DNA from: Octopus sinensis
Lineage: Eukaryota
Reading direction: 5' to 3'
Assembly: GCF_006345805.1 (NCBI RefSeq)
Contig: NC_043002.1
Location: 11,346,001-11,410,000 of the forward strand
Length of the DNA stretch: 64,000 bases
Every line of letters begins with the position of its first letter. The first letter of the stretch is position 1. Below are positions 24,411 to 42,800 of this stretch, one piece after another. The notes below the pieces were generated by a model that saw only the letters and a list, made by a program, of their open reading frames with translations, had not been told where the DNA came from and did no database searches. The position numbers and the translations under genes were made by a program.

Positions 24411-25883
24411 TTAAATTCCGTTTAAACATAGGTTTAACTTTTTCGCTCCTTTAATTTCAACTGCTATTTTATCTGGTTCCCAAAGCATCAAGTGCCGAAA
24501 ATGAACTTTCTTATCTTCCATTTTAAAGGGTTACAGAATTAACACAGGTTATAGGAACATAAACCTTCTTCCACGAAAAGATAGCTTAAACTGTGCTCTA
24601 AATGGAGGTGTAGTTAAATTCTATTTTATGGACTCAAACATGTTCTAAAATAAGTCGAAATGTAAGCTACTATAAATCAGCACGGACTTTCCAGTTCGAA
24701 TTCCAACAAATATTAACAGCAATTGTTTGACTATCTCTCGTCTTGCATTGAGCACATCAACCCTCTCACAGAACTTCTCTCATCGAAGTCACCGTCTTCA
24801 ATAGTTTCAGCATCCACAATTGTTTTAACTCTCTCACTCTTCCCATTCCAACGATACTTTTCATAGAAACCCCATCATTTACTAGTCTGAATTCATTGCA
24901 ATTGTTAATATCATTCACTCGTATAAATGATCGATACACGTAAACACCAAACACAATTGTTCGCTTTCTTTCAGCCAAGTGTAGCCTTTATCAAACCACG
25001 ACTGCTCTTATAGGATTGTCAGAACACTGTCAAATCAAGGCTCTCCATTCCACTTTTATATACTTCGTAACTGGAATTCTGCGACGTTTCAGATCAGTTA
25101 AGTGACCGAAACATCGCTAAATATTTCAAATTTAAATTGAAAATTTTGTTGTATCTCGAGAGGGTCATAATGCCAATAATGAGCACACGCACTGGTTCTA
25201 TCCCACTTCTTCATTATTCGTCAGTTGGTTTAATCGTTGGTTGATCAATCAAACAGATGTGTTTGTCAAAGTCCTCTCGTCGCTATTTGCATCCTCTTCA
25301 ATGACATGCTTTATTTATTCCAGGTCAACGCATCAAGTCTGGAATGGTGACAAGAGAACTTTGGCGAACACAACTGATTGATTGATTAACCGAATGTTCA
25401 ACCCATTGGCTGCCATGAGCCCCATTTGGGGATCTGCTAAAACCAGTCTCACTGCCGGTTGTTCGTTGTATCTAAAGTTAATTGCTTAAATACATTGCAT
25501 TTGCAGAGGTGTGTTTAACAATATTTAGTTGTTAAAGTTTGTCATTATTAGCTCTGGCTAATTCTAGAGGTCAGTTAATGTCATAAAACGCAAGTTTTGA
25601 ACTCCATAAATATTAACGGTTTTGAAAACTTAAAAAAAATTTTTTTTTGCATTTTCCATCTATATCATTCATTGATATTTCATACACATTCGCATCTGAC
25701 ACTATAGTTTCCAAAAAATACAAAAACCAAAAAAAAAAAACTAAAATGTTTATTATTGTAAGTGAATAAAAAAGGATAAATATGCTTTTTTTCAGCGATT
25801 CCCATTTGGGACTTTTCGAAAAATTTATCATAATTTCCAAAATAATTCACATATGAAGAAAATTTAAATACTCTTTATTATTT

Positions 25884-26087
25884 TATTCTTTTACTTGTTT
25901 CAGTCATTTGACTGCGGCCATGCTGGAGCACCGCCTTTAGTCGAGCAAATCAATCCCAGAGCTTATTCTTTGTAAGCCTAGTACTTATTCGATCGGTCAC
26001 TTTTGCCGAACCGCTAAGTTACGGGACGTAAACACACCAGCATCGATTGTCAAGCGATGTTGGGGGGACAAACACAGACACATAAAC

Positions 26088-26137
<50 letters not shown>

Positions 26138-26313
26138 CATACATACATATACGACGGGCTTCTTCCAGTTTCCGTCTACCAAATACACTCACAAGGCTTT
26201 GGTCGGCCCGAGGCTATAGTAGAAGACACTTACCTAAGGTGTCACGCAGTGGGACTGATCCCAGGGCCATGTGGTTGTTAAGCAAGCTATTTACCACACA
26301 GCCACTCCTGCAC
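25884..26313 (-). mobile_element. SINE family B, full length
   Basis: As above. Confidence 0.9.
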
Positions 26314-26482
26314 CTATATATTATTTTAACTCCTAAGACACCTGGCAAAGCCCAAAAAATATGAAATAAAAAAATTGGCAGTTAATGGGTTAAACAAACA
26401 GTCGATTAGTAAGTTAATTAATTAGCTAACTGACGAATAAGAAACAAATAAAATTGAACCAGTGCGTGCGTTTATTATAATA

Positions 26483-27145
26483 AGGCGGCCTGCTGGCAAA
26501 ATCGCTAGCACGCCGGATAAAATGCCGTTCTGAGTTCAAAGTCCGCCCAAGCTGTCTTTGCCTTTCATCCTTTTGGGGTCGATAAAATAAGTACCAGTAG
26601 AACACTGGGGTCGATGTAATCGGCTTACCCTCTCCCTCGGAATTGCTGGCCATGTATCAAAATTTGAAGCCGTTATTGGCTGGCCTAATGAAGACGGCGA
26701 GCTGGCAAAAACATTAGCGCGCCGGGCGAAATGCTTAGCCGTATTTCGTCTGACGTTCCGTTCTGAGTTCAAATTCCGCCGAGGTCGACTTTGCCTTTCA
26801 TCCTTTCGGGGTCGATAAATTAAGTACCAGTTACGCACTGAGGTCGATGTAATCGACTTAATACCTATGTCTGTCCTTGTTTGTCCCCTCTATGTTTAGC
26901 CCCTTGTGGGTAATAAAGAAATAGGTATTTCGTCAGCCGTTACGTTCTGAGTTCAAATTCCGCCGAGGTCGACTTTGCCTTTCATCCTTTCGGGGTCGAT
27001 TAAATAAGTACCAGTTACGCACTGGGGTCGATGTAATCGACTTAATCCATTTTTCTGACCTTGTTTGTCCCCTCTATGTTTAGCCCCTTGTGGGCAATAA
27101 AGAAATAAGAAACGTTAGCATGTCAGCGGCATTTCGTCTGTCAAC
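26483..27145 (+). mobile_element. Cluster of SINE family A: a monomer followed by a multimer
   Basis: Heads at about 26483 and 26692; body repeated; two junction types. Confidence 0.85.
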
Positions 27146-27799
27146 GCTTTGATCTCAAATTCCGCCTAGTTGATAAAAATACGTATCTGTCAATGTAACC
27201 GAATTCCTCCTCCCCTAGTGTAGAATATCGGTTCTTTAGGAATGTGTGCTGTGTCATTTTATAGAGTGGTGGCCATAAATAGTATGTGCGTGTGTGTGTG
27301 TCATTTTGTTTCTTTTTTATTCTCTACTGCCCAGACGATCCCCTAAAACTCTGAGATGGACGCGTGTAGCACGCATATTGGGAATGAAAAGCCCTGCGTG
27401 AACACGCTAGTGAGACTTACAGTAGGTCGGTGTTAAAGATAGGGCTCGCGGGGTGGGAGCATACCCGTTTTTAACATCTCATCCTGTATATTATTGTTTG
27501 TAACCTGTTGTTTGTAATTGTTGTTTGTTATTTACTGTTGTTATTTATTGTATTGTAACCCATTCGTTTTCATTACTCATGTAAAGTTTTATTGTATCAT
27601 TCGTTTATGTGTGACCCCGATCATGCTGTACTGTCCCCTCTATGTTGGCCCTTAATGGGTAATAAAAAAAATCAGATCTCCTAAAACTCTGCTAGCTCTG
27701 TGCTAAAATTTGATACCATTTTTAATTTAATTACCCTCCTAAGATACAACAAATTTATTTTAACCACAAGGATCTTGCAAACCAAATCCAAAATCGAAA

Positions 27800-28197
27800 T
27801 AAATTGAGAATATTCCTACTGAACTTCAAGAGAATACCCCCCATCAGGCATTTGCCATATTCTGAACGCCTTACTTCCCTGGGCAAGGACACATTGAAAC
27901 TACGACGTCTGGCAGCTGACTTGGCACACACCCATAAAATTATTAACCGTCTTACTAACAATAACTCTGAGCACCTTTACAAACTCCACCTGTCTAACAC
28001 CCGTGGACATGTTTACAAAGTCAGAAAACAGCACAGCTCCCATGACTTTCGGAAACATTTTTTCACGCTAAGAGTTGCTGACTCATACACTGCTCACTTT
28101 CCAGACATTTGAACATTACCGAATATACTTTATATGCATTTTTGACAAGTTGTGGTGCACCTAAGCACTGTATACAATAATTTCATTATTATTATTA

Positions 28198-28240
<43 letters not shown>
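27800..28240 (+). mobile_element. CR1/L2-like LINE 3' end with (TTA)n tail
   Basis: LPYSERLTSLGKDTLKLRRLAADL...NTRGHVYKVRKQHSSHDFRKHFFTLRV. Confidence 0.9.
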
Positions 28241-28486
28241 GAATGAGAGAGCAGTGAATGCCATCAAAGCGACACTGGGGTAAAATATACGAAGCCCAGT
28301 GTACCCATCATGACTACCCGTCTGATAAGGGTACACTAGGCTCATGCATCACAACCATATGTGCGCGACATGGGGATCTCATATCAAGATAAACAGCACA
28401 TGACCTTGCAGGTGGGGCCCAGGTAGAATTTTCTTCAGGTCGAGTAGCCCATTCTGCTCAAAAGGTCATTATTATCATCATCCTCA

Positions 28487-28546
<60 letters not shown>

Positions 28547-28574
28547 TATTATTATATTATTATTATTATTATTA

Positions 28575-28610
<36 letters not shown>

Positions 28611-28989
28611 CTAATCTAGTAAGTTTTACGGTCAGAGGTGCCGCAATTAGGACGATCTCTCCTTTTTTGATACCAGGAACTACGTTATTTAATGTATAAT
28701 GTATTCGTCTTTTTGTAAGACAGTAGAGTGTGTGTGTGTGTGTTGTGTGTGTGTGTTTGTTTGCTGCCATGTTGAACGGATCCAGTCGCTGCGTAGAAAC
28801 TTCCCTCGTTAGCTCGAAGCTTGGACTAAACTTGAGAGTTGTGGCTTATATTCTAAATGTGGTTGGTGTTGCTTTTATTTATTTTTTTATTGATTCTGTG
28901 TCTCAGAGTATTCAATCCGTATACGTCGGCGACTTACTCGAGGTGTTGTAAGCTAAGAAATGGTGACAGTCTTCCCACTCGTGTCTCTT

Positions 28990-29485
28990 TCAAAGAAGAG
29001 AGAGAGAGAGAGAATAAAGTAGAAGGAAAAGGTAGAAGGGGAAGAGGAGGACGATGTGGACGAGAAAGAGAGGGGAAGAAGAAGAAGGAGAAGAAGAAGA
29101 AGAAGAAGAAGAAGTAGAAGAAGAAGAAGAAGAAGAAGAAGAAGAAGAAGAAGAAGAAGAAGAAGAAGAAGAAGAAGAAGAAGAAGAAGAGATAGAAAGC
29201 AAGGGAAGAAAAGGAAGTTGAAAGAGGAAGAGAAGGAGAAAGAGTGAAGAAGAAGAAAAAAGAGAGGAGAAAGACGGGAAGAAGGGGGTAGTTAAAGGAG
29301 AAAGAGGAGAAACAGAAGAAAGAGAAAAAAGAAGAAAAAGAGATGAAGAACAAGGGAAGAAGAGGAAGTTGAAGGGTAAAAAGAAGTAGAAGAAGGAGGG
29401 GGAGGAGAGGGAGGAGAGGGAGGAGGAGAGGGAGGAGGAGAAGAAGGAGGAGGGGAAGAGAAGAAGAGGAAGAAGAAGAAAGAAA

Positions 29486-29522
<37 letters not shown>

Positions 29523-29525
29523 AAA
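28990..29525. repeat. GA-rich tract including (GAA)n
   Basis: Direct inspection. Confidence 0.95.
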
Positions 29526-29550
29526 TTGTATTTGTAACATACACCAACGG

Positions 29551-29960
29551 TAGGGCGGCGAGCTGGCAGAACCATTAGCATGTCGGGTGAAATGCTCAGC
29601 GGTATTTCGTCTGCCGCCACGTTCTGAGTTCAAATTCCGCCGAGGTCGACTTTGCCTTTCATCTTTTTGGGGTCGATGAATTAAGTACCAGTTACGTACT
29701 GGGGTCGATGTAATCGACTTAATCCATTTGTCTGTCCTTGTCCGTCCCCTTTGTGTTTAGCCTCTCTTGTGGGTAGTAAAGAAATAGAAATAGGTATTTC
29801 GTCTGTCTTTACGTTCTGAGTTCAAATTCCGCCGAGGTCGACTTTGCCTTTCATCTTTTCGGGGTCGATAAATTAAGTACCAGTTGCGTACTGGAATCCA
29901 TCTAATCGACCGGCCCCATCCCCCAAAATTTCGGGCCTCTTGCCTAGAGTAGAAAAGAAC
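29551..29960 (+). mobile_element. SINE family A tandem dimer
   Basis: Head, body, junction, second body with an alternative tail. Confidence 0.9.
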
Positions 29961-30459
29961 ATTCACCATAGGTTTAATGTTGTTGTTTATCTTCCAAGCT
30001 GGTCGGCTCTGGCTGCTGGAACTGAGACTTGTTTCTTTATTAACCATAAGGGTCTAAGGGTCATATATAGAAGGAGAAAACAAGGGGTCGGGGATCGAAT
30101 GAGATAACGACATACAGATATACTTTATGAAATTTACATGATGGAGTGGATAGTGAAAGAAACGGATGAGTAACAATTATGAGGTAAGGGACGCGGCTGA
30201 CCCTACAAACCACATTCCAACACTGAAACCCTTTTTTATTGCGTTTGTGTTCTTGCTCAAACAGGTTCACTCACTCTCAACACACTTGCTACAGTCTTCG
30301 TTCTTTTCCGACGGGCATCTCTTCTCCATCCTTATTTTTCTTCTCATGTGGAAAAGAAAGAGTTAACCAATCTAAGGCTGGAGATGAAGATGCCTATCAC
30401 GATCCCTCTCACTCTCATCTTCCACACTACCTCCTTCGCGGTAGCTACTGTAGGTTTAG

Positions 30460-30605
30460 AGAGGGCGCCGGCTAAAACTACGCGCCCTTTTCCCTCCATT
30501 GGTCATTTGAAGCTTAGAGAGTGCCACGTGACAGTCAGCTGGTGCTGGCTACTGGAGCCTACCGGCGAGTATTTAAAGAGAAATTTGACAGAATGGTCAG
30601 TCGTC
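30460..30605 (+). promoter_or_regulatory. Candidate Pol II promoter (CCAAT, E-boxes, TATA-like, Inr)
   Basis: ATTGG 30498; CACGTG 30525; CAGCTG 30536; TATTTAAA 30570; TCAGTC 30597 (A+1 at 30599, TATA at -29); unique CpG-containing sequence. Confidence 0.4.
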
Positions 30606-31291
30606 CGCTGACATTCGTTGACGCCGCATCGAAAAGAAAAAAAAAAACCCAAAGAACAGAAGAAAAAAGGAGAAAGAAGAAACGCACTCAACATCAGAGC
30701 TGAAGACACCTCCGAAAGGGTAGGGAGCCGTCACGTCGAAAAAGTAGTAGGGGCCGAAACCGGACGTGGTTCCTCTTGATGATGTCTTTATTCACTGGAT
30801 CTTATAAAGGAGCTGTTAAGGTAGCGAACCACGAGACGTGGTTGGAATTCCTTCCTGACAAAACTAATTTGACTAAGACTTCCTTATAGTTATATTTTAA
30901 TTATTTTCGTAGACATTAGTCAGTCGTAGAGAAACTGACCATTATGCCTTATACGCTTTCCCAAAATGGTGGAAACATTGTCTTTTATATATTTTATTAT
31001 TGACTAGTTGCAATCGGAGCGCTGTCTTCAAGGGGTTTTAGTCGAACAAATCACTCCTAGAACTTATATATTTTTTAACTCTGGCATTTATTCTATCGGT
31101 TTCTTTTGCCGAACCGCAAGTTGGCAGGAATGTAAGCGAACCAAAACAGTCTATCACGAGGTAGTGGTTGACAAATACAGCACTTATTCTTTGTTAGCCT
31201 AGTACTTATTCTATCGGTCTGTTTTGCCGAACCGCTAGGTTACGGGGAAGTAAACACACCAGCATCGGTTGTCAAGTTGGGGGACAAACAT

Positions 31292-31375
<84 letters not shown>

Positions 31376-31545
31376 GATGTATTTAAAAATCTAGTTTATT
31401 CCCTGAAACCGAAAACGATTCCGGAATTAAAACAAGCAATTTCTGATAAATTTTCTACGGGGAAACGTGTCAAAAGGTTTGTAGAAGTATTGCCGGTAGT
31501 GTTAAGCAGTGCACTTAAAATGAAGGGGAGCCTTTTGAACGTGTT
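31376..31545 (+). mobile_element. Tc1/mariner-type transposase C-terminal remnant
   Basis: FKNLVYSLKPKTIPELKQAI resembles the xVYxxKPxTxxELKxxI motif. Confidence 0.55.
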
Positions 31546-31672
31546 AATTAAATTTTTATCATAATGAATTACATTGTTTTGATGGAACAATACTTTATTA
31601 ATTTAATAAAGCTACACTAATTTATTTTCATTAATTGGGTTTTTTTTTTCGTTTCTTTAACTCTCTACTCAT

Positions 31673-32080
31673 TTTCTCTTTTACTTGTTTCAGTCATTTG
31701 ACTGTGGGGCCATGCTGGAGCACCACCTTTAGTCGAGCAAACCGACCCCCAGGACTTATTCTTTGTAAGCCTAGTACTTATTCTATCGGTCTCTCTTGCC
31801 GAACCGCTAAGTTACGGGGAAGTAAACACAACAGCATCGGCTGTCAAGCGATGTTGGGGGGACAAACACAGACACACAAACACATACACACACACATACA
31901 TATATATACATATATACGGCGGGCTTCTTTCAGTTTCTGTCTACCAAATCCACTCACAAGGCTTTGGTCGGCCCGAGGCTATAGTAGAAGACACTTGTCC
32001 AAGGTGCCACGCAGTGGGACTGAATCCGGAGCCATGTGATTGGTAAGCAAACTTCTTACCACTCAGCCACTCCTACGCCT
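31673..32080 (-). mobile_element. SINE family B, full length
   Basis: As above. Confidence 0.9.
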
Positions 32081-32294
32081 CTAATAAATTTTTATATAAT
32101 AAAATTTATTTAAAAAAATGTTTCTACTACAAAAATTACTAAATTAGAAAGGGCGTTAATCCTGTCCCACAATGTTTTAACGCAGTGTTTTGTTGGTAGG
32201 TGGTGTATATATTTCAAATGTCTTGTGCGTGCGATCGTCTGTGTTTCAAAACCAGACGGTTATTGTGTTTAATATATTGTGTATAATGATGGTG

Positions 32295-32596
32295 TTTGTT
32301 CCTTCTCGAGCCATGCTTGACTTATAAGGGCCGGTTTCCCGGTTTCATTGGCGTATAGGTTCCCCACCTGGACGGGACGCAGGTTCGTTACAGGTGAGTT
32401 GCAAGATGCAGGAGGAAAGAGTGAGAGAAAATTGTGGCGAAAGAGTCAGCAGAATTTTGCCATTACCTTCTGCCGGAGCTGCGTGGAGCTTAGGTGTTTT
32501 CGCTCATAAACACACACATCGCCCGGTCTGAGATTCGAACCCGCGATCCCCCGACAGCGAGTCCGCTGCTCTAACCATTAGGCCATGTACCTCCAC
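32295..32596 (-). mobile_element. SINE family C variant (tail type 2)
   Basis: Head with GGTTCGAATC B box, central block, tail shared with 20725. Confidence 0.8.
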
Positions 32597-33671
32597 ACGC
32601 TGATTATATATGCAGCATTAATGCGTCGTAATTGCATAGAATGCGTGTTGCTAGAGTATTTCAAGTTTTCTAGGGTAGGATATCGGTTCTTATGGAATGT
32701 GTGCTGTGTCATTTTGCTGGGTGGTGGCTGCAAATAGTATCTGTGTGTGTGTGTATGTGTGTGTGTGTATGTGTGTGCGTGTGTGTATGTGTATGCGTAA
32801 TTTTGTTATTTTATTCGGCGATTATTTGTATGTGCTGTGTATACAGAAGAGCCTCTGCTGTTTGAGCTGTGCTATTGAATTTGAAAGGAAGGCAGAAGGA
32901 GGTAAATTTCATTCCCTTATTTAATCTAGAATTTTGTTTATTTGTTTTGAGCCAACATAAGGTTAAGTATACAAGATAATGTGGGTTGGAGATTGTCATT
33001 AACTGTCGCTTCTATTCCAGTTTTTTAAAAAATTTATCTTCTTGTATCATAGGAGCTTTCTGTTTGAATTCACCTCGTTTTTTTTTCTCACCCTTTTTTT
33101 CCCCCAATCTTTCTTAGCCTTCTTTTGTTTTTCCCCACAATCATCGTAAGAAGCTATGTTTAGTCCACATCACTCCGGAAGGAGATAAGGGCCGGTTACC
33201 CCGTTCCTCCTTGGACAGGACACTGGTCCATCGCAGCGTTACTCATTTTTGCCGGCTGAATGGACTGGAGCAATGTGAAATGAAGTGTTTTGCTCAAGAA
33301 AACAACTTATTGCCCGGTCCCAGAATCGAAACCACAATCTTACGACCGTGAGTCCAATACCCTAACCACTAAGCCATGCGCTTCCTCTTCATCGTAAGAA
33401 GATGAGGTCATTTTAACAGAGAACAGACTAGTTCTGGGTCTTAAGAACGAAATTATCTCAACATTTTCGGAACTTCGACTGGGGTCAATTTGTCCGACTA
33501 AATCCTAATCAGGCGGTGCTCCAGCATGGTCGTAGTAAAATGCTGACACAAATAATATATAAAAGATAAAAACGAAAATCACTTCGAAAATCACTGTTAT
33601 TGCAGCTCTTGTTCTTGTTTTTTTTCTTCTTTTTATTTCTAATGTTTTATTCTCTTGGCTCCAAGTAGTGG

Positions 33672-34010
33672 AACTCCGTCGGTTGCGACGACGAGGGTTC
33701 CAGCTGAACCGACTAAGAAACAACTTGCTTGGGAAATTAAGGGTTAGGGTTAGGGTGCAAGTGGCTGAGCACTCCGCAGGCACGCGTACCCTTAACGTAG
33801 TTATTAGGGTGATTCATCGTGACACACAGAACATGACAAGGCTGGCCCCTTTGAAATACAGGTACTATCCATTTTCTGCCAGCTGAGGGGACTGGAGCAA
33901 TTTGAATTAAAGTGTGTTGCTCAAGGACAGCATGGGTCCCTGGGAATCGAACTCATGACCTTACGATCGCGAACCTATTACCTTAACCACTGAACCATGC
34001 GCCTTCACTC
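33672..34010 (-). mobile_element. SINE family D with inserted telomere-like repeats
   Basis: Same architecture as 6611-6934; GGGTTAGGGTTAGG inserted at about 33741. Confidence 0.8.
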
Positions 34011-34019
34011 GCACCATCT

Positions 34020-38554
<4,535 letters not shown>

Positions 38555-38810
38555 GCAAGTCTACTAGATAGATGAAAGAGCATGGTAGAAAATGAAGGAG
38601 AACATATGTTAGGTTAAAAAAGAACTTGATCTTAATTTTGAAAAATAAAAGAAGTGTAGAAAACCCCCACATTATTTATGGGATGATTCCAATATATATG
38701 GCATTATACCCATTGCCTTTAATGCGTTCTGGCTATAATTTCTGAGTTCTGTTTGGCTTTGTGAAGGCCGGCTTCTTAAGACCGATGTTGAAGCAGTTAG
38801 TTGCATAACT

Positions 38811-39199
38811 GGATGGAAGCACTCCGTCGGTTACGACGACGAGGGTTCCGGTTGATCCGAATCAACGGAACAGCCTGCTCGTGAAATTAACGTGTAAGTG
38901 GCTGAGCACTCCACAGACACGTGTACCCTTAACGTAGTTCTCGGGGATATTCAGCGTGACACAGAGAGTGACAAGGCCGGCCCTTTGAAATACAGGTACA
39001 ACAGAAACAGGAAGTAAGAGTGAGAGAAAGTTGTGGTGAAAGAGTACAGCAGGGATCACCACCATCCCCTGCCGGAACCTCGTGGAGCTTCAGGTGTTTT
39101 CGCTCAATAAACACTCACAGCGCCCGGTCTGGGAATCGAAACCGCGATCCTACGACCGCGAGTCCGCTGCCCTAACCACTGGGCTATTGCGCCTCCGCC
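38811..39199 (-). mobile_element. SINE family C, full length, 12-bp TSD
   Basis: tRNA-like head GGAGGCGCAATAGCCCAGTGG...GTTTCGATTCCC; TSD AGTTGCATAACT at 38799 and 39200. Confidence 0.92.
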
Positions 39200-39575
39200 A
39201 GTTGCATAACTAACTGCTCCAATATTTGTAGGTATAAATCAAAAGATTTAGACCGAGGAAGCAACAGATGACCTCCCACAACTGTACACAATTTCTTTTC
39301 CATGTATGGTCTGCTTTGCTTGAGAAGAAACCAAACTAACTACTTTTATTTCTTTTATTGGCATCAGTGGACTGTGGTCATGCTGGAGCACTGGCTTTTA
39401 GGGGTTTTAGTCAATTATATCAACCCCAGGAATTTGAACAGTTTTCTATCATAAAAAGAAAAGCGAAGTGGTCATAAGTATGAGGGAAAATAATTCAGTG
39501 AACATGAAAACTACAGTGTATTCATGTCAGCAGGAAAAACAGAACTCAAAATATGAGGATATGTGTGGTTTTATT

Positions 39576-39970
39576 GGAAGGAATGGAAGCACTCCGTCGG
39601 TTCCGACGATGAGGGTTCCGGTTGATCCGAATCAACGGAACAGCCTGCTCGTGAAATTAAAGTGTAAGTGGCTGAGCACTCCACAGACACGTGTACCCTT
39701 AACGTAGTTCTCGGGGATATTCAGCGTGACACAGAGAGTTGACAAGGCCGGCCCTTGGAATACAGGTACACAGAAACAGGAAGTAAGAGTGAGAGAAAGT
39801 TGTGTTGATGAAAGAGTACAGCAGGGATCACCACCATCCCCTGCCGGAGCCTCGTGGAGCTTTAGGTGTTTTCGCTCAATAAACACTCACAACGCCCGGT
39901 CTGGGAATCGAAACCGCGATCCTATGACCGCGAGTCCGCTGCCCTAACCACTGGGCCATTGCGCCTCCAC
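39576..39970 (-). mobile_element. SINE family C, full length, 11-bp TSD
   Basis: TSD GTGGTTTTATT at 39565 and 39971. Confidence 0.92.
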
Positions 39971-40082
39971 GTGGTTTTATTAACGTGTAGCAGAAATAAC
40001 AGAATGACTCAATGTCCTTCAGTCACTCTGTTGCTTCTGCTACATAAATAAATAAATAATAAATAATAAATAAATAAATAAT

Positions 40083-40167
<85 letters not shown>

Positions 40168-40620
40168 AATGAGAAGTGTAAGATATGAATTCAGAGAATA
40201 GTGTGACTTTCACAGTTAGCTCTTTTCACGGACTCGGCTATCAGAATCAATTACAAACGAGTGCTATGTAGGGTGTCCATGTGACTGAAAATCCAGAAGA
40301 TTTGAACGATGAAATTATTTCATGAGGAGTGTATGAAAGCAGAAACTCAGGTGGTATGAGAAGTGAATATATATTTATTTAACCATGTGACTTATATAGG
40401 ATTACGGTATTTTCGCAAAGTCTTTTTTGCAGTATAAATTTCGGTATGAAAGAAATTATGCATACATGTTTGTATTAATATGTATACTCGGCATTATACA
40501 ATACAATTGTATATTCACAAATTTATGTAAATAAAGAAAGCTATCTTATCAAATCACCGGAATGTCATGGTTGCAAAAGCAATTCAAGATCTAGATCGCT
40601 GTGTTGCCAGGAAACTTTAA

Positions 40621-41246
40621 CCCTTCGTGGGCCGACGGGGCTGGAATTACACAAAAGGCCATTGGCTTTCCACGGGACGTCTTTTTATTTTTTCGCATTT
40701 CCGCACTATCCATAAAATAATATTTGTTTATATCTTGTATATATGTGTGGGTGCATGATACAGAACAAGAAATTTAGCATTTTATAGGTATATATTTGTA
40801 ATTATTAGCGTTTAATGGAAGGGAATTAAAATATAATTTATTGACTGAAAAACAACTTTTATTGAAAGAAGTCAAGATTTTCTTTATAGTTTTATAAACT
40901 ATACATACTACACGAAATATAAAATAAAACAAAATTATTTAATATATCGATACATACCAGTACAAATGCGAAGAAAATTGATTTATAGTTCATCAGAATA
41001 TCTGAAAAAAGGACAGGAAAAGATAATTTCACAGAAGGCCAATGGGGTTCAGTTGGACCCCTATGACCATATTTTATGCTATAACACCCATATGAATGGA
41101 CATTTTTAACCGAAAATTTGTATGTACATACATAAACTATTGACAATAAAAGTCATGAGATATAAAATCAGTCAGATAAAAAATGTAAAAGTTGCATAAC
41201 TTTTAAAATTTGATAGTGCCCCAATGAACCCCGGCGGCCACGAAGG
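40621..41246. mobile_element. piggyBac-like MITE
   Basis: TTAA on both flanks; imperfect TIRs CCCTTCGTGGGCCGACGGGG / CCCCGGCGGCCACGAAGG. Confidence 0.8.
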
Positions 41247-41252
41247 TTAAAG

Positions 41253-41352
41253 NNNNNNNNNNNNNNNNNNNNNNNNNNNNNNNNNNNNNNNNNNNNNNNN
41301 NNNNNNNNNNNNNNNNNNNNNNNNNNNNNNNNNNNNNNNNNNNNNNNNNNNN
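41253..41352. other. Assembly gap
   Basis: 100 N. Confidence 1.
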
Positions 41353-42369
41353 GAAAGTGATAGTTCTATACTGAGAAACTGAATACAAAATATAGAGTTT
41401 ATGAGGTTTTACTTCTCTACATTTGGATGGATAAATATTTATTTAGAACCAAGCAGACTGAACCAAAGTGAGTTTCAGTCGAGGATTTAATTCAGCATCA
41501 ACCATGGGTTACAAATGTTGACTCATCAATATACTTTGAACGTCGTGATTCTCTTGTTTGTAAATGAAAGGTGAAATCCTAGATGAGACTCGTTTGTTGC
41601 TAGTTAAGGTGAAACAAATAATAATTAAAATAAACTACCACGAGAAATTAAATAAGGTCACCCTTGCACTAGGAAACGTACATGCGACCAGACCTCACCA
41701 TGTGTCAAAACATACATGAAAATAAAATTCACGTGTTGGAATCTAATCCATTGAGTAATGTACGCTATGCAAGTACGATTTTATATTTGTATAATCTAAC
41801 GAAATCATGGACCCAGATTTCTTAGTTTTACCCTTCTTTTATTTAACGGCGCAACCCCCACTACTATTCGTCAACGTTTGTTTGAAAAATCTTTTTAGAT
41901 TACTTCAAATACAAATAAAAAGTAAGCTTGAAGAAAATTCCTGAAATGAAAATCAATTTTTTCCAACCAAGATAAATATTTGTTAGCCAAATGCTGTAAG
42001 CAGACGACAGCAGTACAGAGACTGACATGACGTCATAACATACACTACACGTCTCGGTATGAACTTCCTTTATTTTCTGTTATACACATACACATGCACG
42101 CATGCGCGGTTACTTGCACTGCAACGACACGGTCAGATGCGACCCTCTCACAATGTAAACTTCCTTTGTCAGTAATATGAATTTCGTAAATAGAAGAATC
42201 AATCAATATATGCTCAACTTCAATGCAGTTTTAAGTCACGTGCCACTAATGGACGGGTTGAATTCATCACTGGAAGCCAATGAAATGCTTTGGAATTTTA
42301 CTATACTTCCACTGATTAAAGTAATATGAATTTCGCCTTTGTTTTCTAAGTTATTCCTACAGTATTGAC

Positions 42370-42800
42370 GGATCTTTTCGGTTTGAACGGCAGTTTTTAA
42401 CATAATTTCTAGGTAACTAAAAAATTTTAAACTTCGTATACTGGTAGAATGTGTTTATAAAACATCTTTTTCTCTTGGCTTTATTGAGAAAATTCTATAG
42501 TTTGTAAGATATTTGCTGTTTTTTCTTCTTCAATTTCTGCGATTTCAACCAATCGATGACGTCCATTGAGTTAAAAAAACACATTCTGTGCCGTATGAAT
42601 ATGTCCCTCGTTTAAGAAACAGATTGGGTTTATTTACATTTGTGAAGAAAAAAAGATACCCCCTCCCAATCCTAACCCTAACTAACACTAAACCCTAAAC
42701 AAGATTGAAATGCAATAGCTCGATACTAGGGTCATAATTATGGGTGACAATTTCATATGACACCGCTCGAAAAAAACTGCCGTTCAAGCTGAAAAGATCC
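42370..42800 (+). mobile_element. MITE family M, copy 1 (8-bp TSD)
   Basis: TIR GGATCTTTTCGGTTTGAACGGCAGTTTTT; TSD GTATTGAC on both sides. Confidence 0.95.

Noticed and set aside
38811-39970. Functional tRNA genes in SINE heads
   Set aside because: Heads continue into SINE bodies with TSDs and lack acceptor-stem pairing
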